Shown piece after piece: positions 7,306-10,789 of a DNA stretch of 10,789 bases. The stretch's first letter is position 1; every line of letters starts with the position of its first letter. Source of the stretch: a bacterium (GTDB lineage Bacteria > Arandabacterota > Arandabacteria > Arandabacterales > JALGWA01); assembly GCA_050125095.1 (NCBI GenBank), contig JASFEA010000106.1:1-10789 (forward strand), in the 5' to 3' direction. Both the position numbers and the translations under genes were made by a program. The notes under the pieces were generated by a model. That model made no database searches. It was given only the letters and a program-made list of their open reading frames with translations, and was not told where the DNA came from.

Positions 7306-8141
7306 TGTCCCTTGCTCTCATCCGGGTGGCTGCCCTTGCCCTGGTTCTCTCCGCGTGCGCCATACCGGCGGCGCCCGCCGCCGAGATCGACGCCGGCATT
7401 TTTCAGGTTCCCCGTAAGAACGCCATCACCTTCTGGGGCCATGCGAGTTTCTATATCGACGTGGACGGCTTCGGGATCGCGATTGACCCGGTATTCGACG
7501 ACCATGCCTTCATAAGGTGGAGACATAAGCCCAAACCGCCGGCGTTTTGCTATGCCGGGACGCGCCTCATCCTGATAACACACGCGCACACCGACCATCT
7601 CAGCCTTGATACCATCGGGGGATTTCCACCGGAAGCGGTAATACTCTGTCCCGGGCCCTCGGAGAGATACGTCTCGACGCTTGGAAGAGAGGTAATATCC
7701 ATGGCGCCGGGCGAAGAATATGTATTCCCGGGGGGAAAGGTGGTCGCGGTGATGGCCAAGCACGCGGGAACCAAATTCGGAATCCGGTCCCGGACGGACG
7801 GCGGCGCCATGGGGTACGTCCTGTATACGCAATACTGCACCGTGTATTTCTCCGGTGACACAAACCTGTTCGAAGGCATATATGAAGTGGGAAAGAAGCA
7901 TGCGCCGGATATCGCCGTCCTCAATATAACGGGCCATCTCCATGGCGAGGATGCCGTGGAAGCGGCCCGGGGCCTGGGCTCGGAGATTGTAATCCCCTGC
8001 CACTTCGGGGCCTATGGGTACCTTTTCGTGCCCGAGCGGGACGAACCCCGGGATTATGATGACCTTGTCGAGGGCCTCGGGGACCGGGTCGTGCTGCTCC
8101 GGCTCGGAGAGAGTCATCCTCTGGCGCGCCCGGAGCGCTGA
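7305..8141 (+). CDS. MBL-fold metallo-hydrolase (RomA/NAPE-PLD/UlaG-like), probable lipoprotein
   Basis: Motifs ITFWGHASF, IDPVF, THAHTDH, KH, YFSGDT, DIAVLNI and VIPCHFG. The real start is ATG 7305, overlapping the upstream stop (TGATG). N-terminus MSLALIRVAALALVLSAC carries an LSAC lipobox. Confidence 0.88.
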   Translation: MSLALIRVAALALVLSACAIPAAPAAEIDAGIFQVPRKNAITFWGHASFYIDVDGFGIAIDPVFDDHAFIRWRHKPKPPAFCYAGTRLILITHAHTDHLSLDTIGGFPPEAVILCPGPSERYVSTLGREVISMAPGEEYVFPGGKVVAVMAKHAGTKFGIRSRTDGGAMGYVLYTQYCTVYFSGDTNLFEGIYEVGKKHAPDIAVLNITGHLHGEDAVEAARGLGSEIVIPCHFGAYGYLFVPERDEPRDYDDLVEGLGDRVVLLRLGESHPLARPER

Positions 8142-8269
8142 CAGTCTGAAAGGGATGCTTCGTCCCCGCCTCCGGGCCGTCACATTGTCTTGGCGTTCGT
8201 ACATTGCGCCTGGAGCCCTGTGTGGCCCGACGGAACGGCGCCTGGCCGGGTAAGTGGGGCGTTGCCCGT

Positions 8270-10696
8270 CTAGCGCAGAAGCACCAGCTGCCTGGCGTCG
8301 CGCTTATCCTGCCAGCGGAGCTCACAGTAGTATATGCCGCTGGCCACCTCATTACCCCTGTTGTCCCTGCCGTCCCATGTGAAACGATGATAGCCGGGTT
8401 CGGCATCTCGCGTCAGCCAGGTTCTCAGGCAGCGGCCGCGGCAGTCATATACGTTCACCGTCACGGGTCCGGCCGCCCGGGAGTCAGGGATGGCGTAGGT
8501 TACAGTCGTGCTCTGTTTGAAAGGCGTCGGTACGGCAGAGATGACTTCGAAACTCTCCGGCCCCTGGCGGTCGGCTCCTTCGGCGCCTGCCGACGCGTCA
8601 ACCGCGCATGAGCCCTCATAGGGAATGTAGTTATGGCAGCACACCGTGACGTACAGCGTTCCCTCGGCTGCAGGCGTGATGTTGAAACCGGCCTCGCCCC
8701 CGGAGGTCTCCTGGACCTCATGAATCTCCCCGTCCTTGTACAGGCATACGCTTGCGCCGTCGAGAGGGCCGCCGCCTCCCGAAACCTCGACATCGAATGC
8801 GGTGGGCGCGCCCGACGGTATGTCTGTCGGGTGGGTCACGGAGAGGGCCTGCGGATCGTCAGTCCAGATCGTGAGGCCGGGGTCTCCGATAAGGTGGAGA
8901 TTGGTAAAAGCGTACCGGTGGAGGTTATAGGGGTCGTCGGGGTCATACTCATCGTTCTTGAGCCGCGTGAAGTTCTCGCCCAGGTTGTATATGCCCAGGT
9001 CGAACAGGTTTCTGTAGAAATAGCGGTCCTGGCGAAGTGAGTACAAATCCGGATTGGATGCGTCGCCTCCCCAGCCGATGCAGGTATTGCCCATGAAAGC
9101 CACACCGCCTCCGCCCGGGGTGCGTAGGGCGGATTCCGCGATGCACCTTATTGTGGGGAAGTGGGCCGGGTAACAGCCGACGGCAAAGAAGATGCTCAGC
9201 CTGTCGCCGTTTGTGAGCGCGTCCATGTCTGCGTTGTAAAAGAGGTCGCTGTGGCAGATCCAGCCAGCCCCCATGCAGTCGGTGTTGCAGTGGTCATGGT
9301 GGTTGACGAGATGGTATCCCGAATCGAGATAGGCGATGATGTCAGCCAGGTGGGTGCCCGATTCGCCGTCGTACTCGGTGTCGAGCGACCAGGATGCGGG
9401 CAGGTGGCCGGCGCGGATGTAGTTCTCTTTGAATATCTCGCCGTCCATGTCGCCGCAGACGGTGATGTCCATGCCGATGAAAAACGCCGTCTTCGCGTAG
9501 CCGGTAGGGGGCGGGTTCTTCTCATAAGTCAGGATCTTGCCTATGGCGTTTGCTATATGTCCGACTGTGCGCACCGACAGCCTGCCGAGATTGACCTCAA
9601 GCACCCAGTCCTCGTCGTAGTCGGCGTAGTACACGTCGTTGTCGAGATAATCGGTCTGCCATCCGGGGACGGTGATGGCCCGGGTATGGTAGGGGATCAA
9701 ATCCGTGTCGCCCCCCAGAACGAAGTGGGTCGTGCCCCAGTTGGAATGAGCGTCAATTATGAAAGACCGCATCTTATCAAGTTCGGTTCCCGCGTAACCC
9801 CCGCCCGTATAGATCCACTCTGTCGTGACCGTATTGACCTTGTGCCCCTGCTTCGTCCGCCACTCGGCCAGCGGCTCGAAGTCATCGACCCAGGCTTGTT
9901 TCGTGACTATCACATAGTCGTACTGGCCCGGGGAAACTCCACGCAGAACGGGTCCCGCAAAAGCCTCATTCAGCCGTACATCCTGCGGATTGACTACCAT
10001 TTCATTCAGCGTGCGCAGGTACGCTTCGCGCGACCGCTGGGACGCGCCCGGGGCGAGGTAGTCGCCGCAAATGTGGCCCGCCCTGCCTTCCAAAACAACC
10101 TCGATCTCGGTGACGAGGCTGAGCTCGCCGGTAGCCGGCCGATATTCGAAAGGGCAGACCCTTATGGCTGCGAGATTCTGCCCTGCCAGGTCGGACTGCC
10201 GTATGAATTCAACGCGGGCGGTCGGGAAGGGCGCCGCTGAAGAGTAAATGGCCGGGTCCGGGGGGATTGCGTCCGCCGCCGGCGCTTCTCCGGCTATGGC
10301 CTTCGGGGACTGCGCGGGAAGAATATCGAATGTGCCCGGGATGGCGACGGTCCTGGCCCGGACCTCGCGCAGGCCGGTCACCTCCATCCCGGCCGGTACA
10401 GCCAAATACGCGGTCCAGGCGGGCAGCGCCGGCCGGCCTGGGTCTTTGATACGGCCGGCGGCCTCGAGCGCCACGGTATCGTATCCCATGTGATGCCCGA
10501 AACGGATGTCATCCAACCGGACCTGAACCCGGTATGTGACTTCATATCGGGATGCCGCTCCGCCGACCGCAATGGCCGCTTCTTCTTCGGCGGCCATGGC
10601 GCATGGGCTCCCGGCCAGGATTATCAGGGCCAGGAGTCCGATGTGACAGGGGGCATTCACGGACAGCCCGTGGTTTGCGCTTCTCCGGCTCAGCAT
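8270..10696 (-). CDS. C25 family (gingipain-like) cysteine peptidase with propeptide, Ig-like domain and T9SS type-A/FlgD-Ig C-terminal domain
   Basis: Signal peptide ending AMA|A. Propeptide motifs PGRPALP and CPFEYRP. Catalytic-domain motifs YDYVIVT, LAEWRTKQG, VLGGDTDLIP, DVYYAD, LGRLSV, KILTYE, GGGVAFMG and LIGDP. CTD with YD..GR.LRT, WDGRDNRG..VASGIYY. The start is moved from 10786 to ATG 10696 (GAGGTG 5 nt upstream; promoter lies within the ORF-track extension). Confidence 0.9.
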   Translation of the reverse strand: MLSRRSANHGLSVNAPCHIGLLALIILAGSPCAMAAEEEAAIAVGGAASRYEVTYRVQVRLDDIRFGHHMGYDTVALEAAGRIKDPGRPALPAWTAYLAVPAGMEVTGLREVRARTVAIPGTFDILPAQSPKAIAGEAPAADAIPPDPAIYSSAAPFPTARVEFIRQSDLAGQNLAAIRVCPFEYRPATGELSLVTEIEVVLEGRAGHICGDYLAPGASQRSREAYLRTLNEMVVNPQDVRLNEAFAGPVLRGVSPGQYDYVIVTKQAWVDDFEPLAEWRTKQGHKVNTVTTEWIYTGGGYAGTELDKMRSFIIDAHSNWGTTHFVLGGDTDLIPYHTRAITVPGWQTDYLDNDVYYADYDEDWVLEVNLGRLSVRTVGHIANAIGKILTYEKNPPPTGYAKTAFFIGMDITVCGDMDGEIFKENYIRAGHLPASWSLDTEYDGESGTHLADIIAYLDSGYHLVNHHDHCNTDCMGAGWICHSDLFYNADMDALTNGDRLSIFFAVGCYPAHFPTIRCIAESALRTPGGGGVAFMGNTCIGWGGDASNPDLYSLRQDRYFYRNLFDLGIYNLGENFTRLKNDEYDPDDPYNLHRYAFTNLHLIGDPGLTIWTDDPQALSVTHPTDIPSGAPTAFDVEVSGGGGPLDGASVCLYKDGEIHEVQETSGGEAGFNITPAAEGTLYVTVCCHNYIPYEGSCAVDASAGAEGADRQGPESFEVISAVPTPFKQSTTVTYAIPDSRAAGPVTVNVYDCRGRCLRTWLTRDAEPGYHRFTWDGRDNRGNEVASGIYYCELRWQDKRDARQLVLLR

Positions 10697-10757
10697 AATC
10701 GCACCTCTCATCTCGTACAGGGGCCTTACAAGGGTAGGGTTCATCCCAGCCACTACC

Positions 10758-10786
10758 ATTCTACCATCTTCTGGGGCTCCTGCCAA
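10758..10786 (-). promoter_or_regulatory. sigma70-type promoter for the C25 peptidase gene
   Basis: The - strand reads TTGGCA (10786-10781), 17 nt, TAGAAT (10763-10758), with an extended -10 TG. Confidence 0.65.
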
Positions 10787-10789
10787 TGG

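Noticed and set aside
7305..8141. Antibiotic-resistance metallo-beta-lactamase
   Set aside because: The GHAS, DP, GDT and P.H.G motifs match the UlaG/RomA/NAPE-PLD-like branch rather than class B beta-lactamases.
8139..8272. UGA followed 10 nt later by a small hairpin (GGGATGCTTCGTCCC), considered as a SECIS/readthrough signal, terminator or ncRNA
   Set aside because: The MBL domain is already complete and the readthrough peptide is unremarkable. The stem is weak, there is no U-tract on the + strand, and I recognise no RNA family.
9161..10240. 359-aa + ORF and other long antisense ORFs (1294..2010, 5364..6011, 7281..8204)
   Set aside because: They lie opposite well-supported genes, are expected at high GC, and show no family motifs.
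10697..10786. 30-aa N-terminal extension of the C25 ORF
   Set aside because: The TTG 'start' is the -35 box of the predicted promoter. The SD and signal peptide fit ATG 10696.

Overview
GC-rich, gene-dense bacterial chromosomal window from a diderm organism, dominated by cell-envelope and hydrolase genes. In order: a DUF885-family gene on the - strand (1..1143, runs off the left edge and is absent from the ORF track); a sulfatase-like alkaline-phosphatase-superfamily enzyme with Thr at the nucleophile position (+); an EamA/DMT transporter (-); a small outer-membrane beta-barrel (-); a divergent three-gene + strand unit (beta-solenoid-repeat/barrel protein, DUF3943-type barrel protein, metallo-beta-lactamase-fold putative lipoprotein); and a gingipain-like C25 peptidase with a T9SS-type/FlgD-Ig C-terminal domain (-). 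Four good sigma70-like promoters and several SD sites can be read directly and shorten some ORF-track starts. I saw no rRNA, tRNA, CRISPR array or mobile element. The best candidate for an undescribed system is the divergent outer-membrane cluster at 2755..8141. All family calls come from motif recognition by eye, not database searches.
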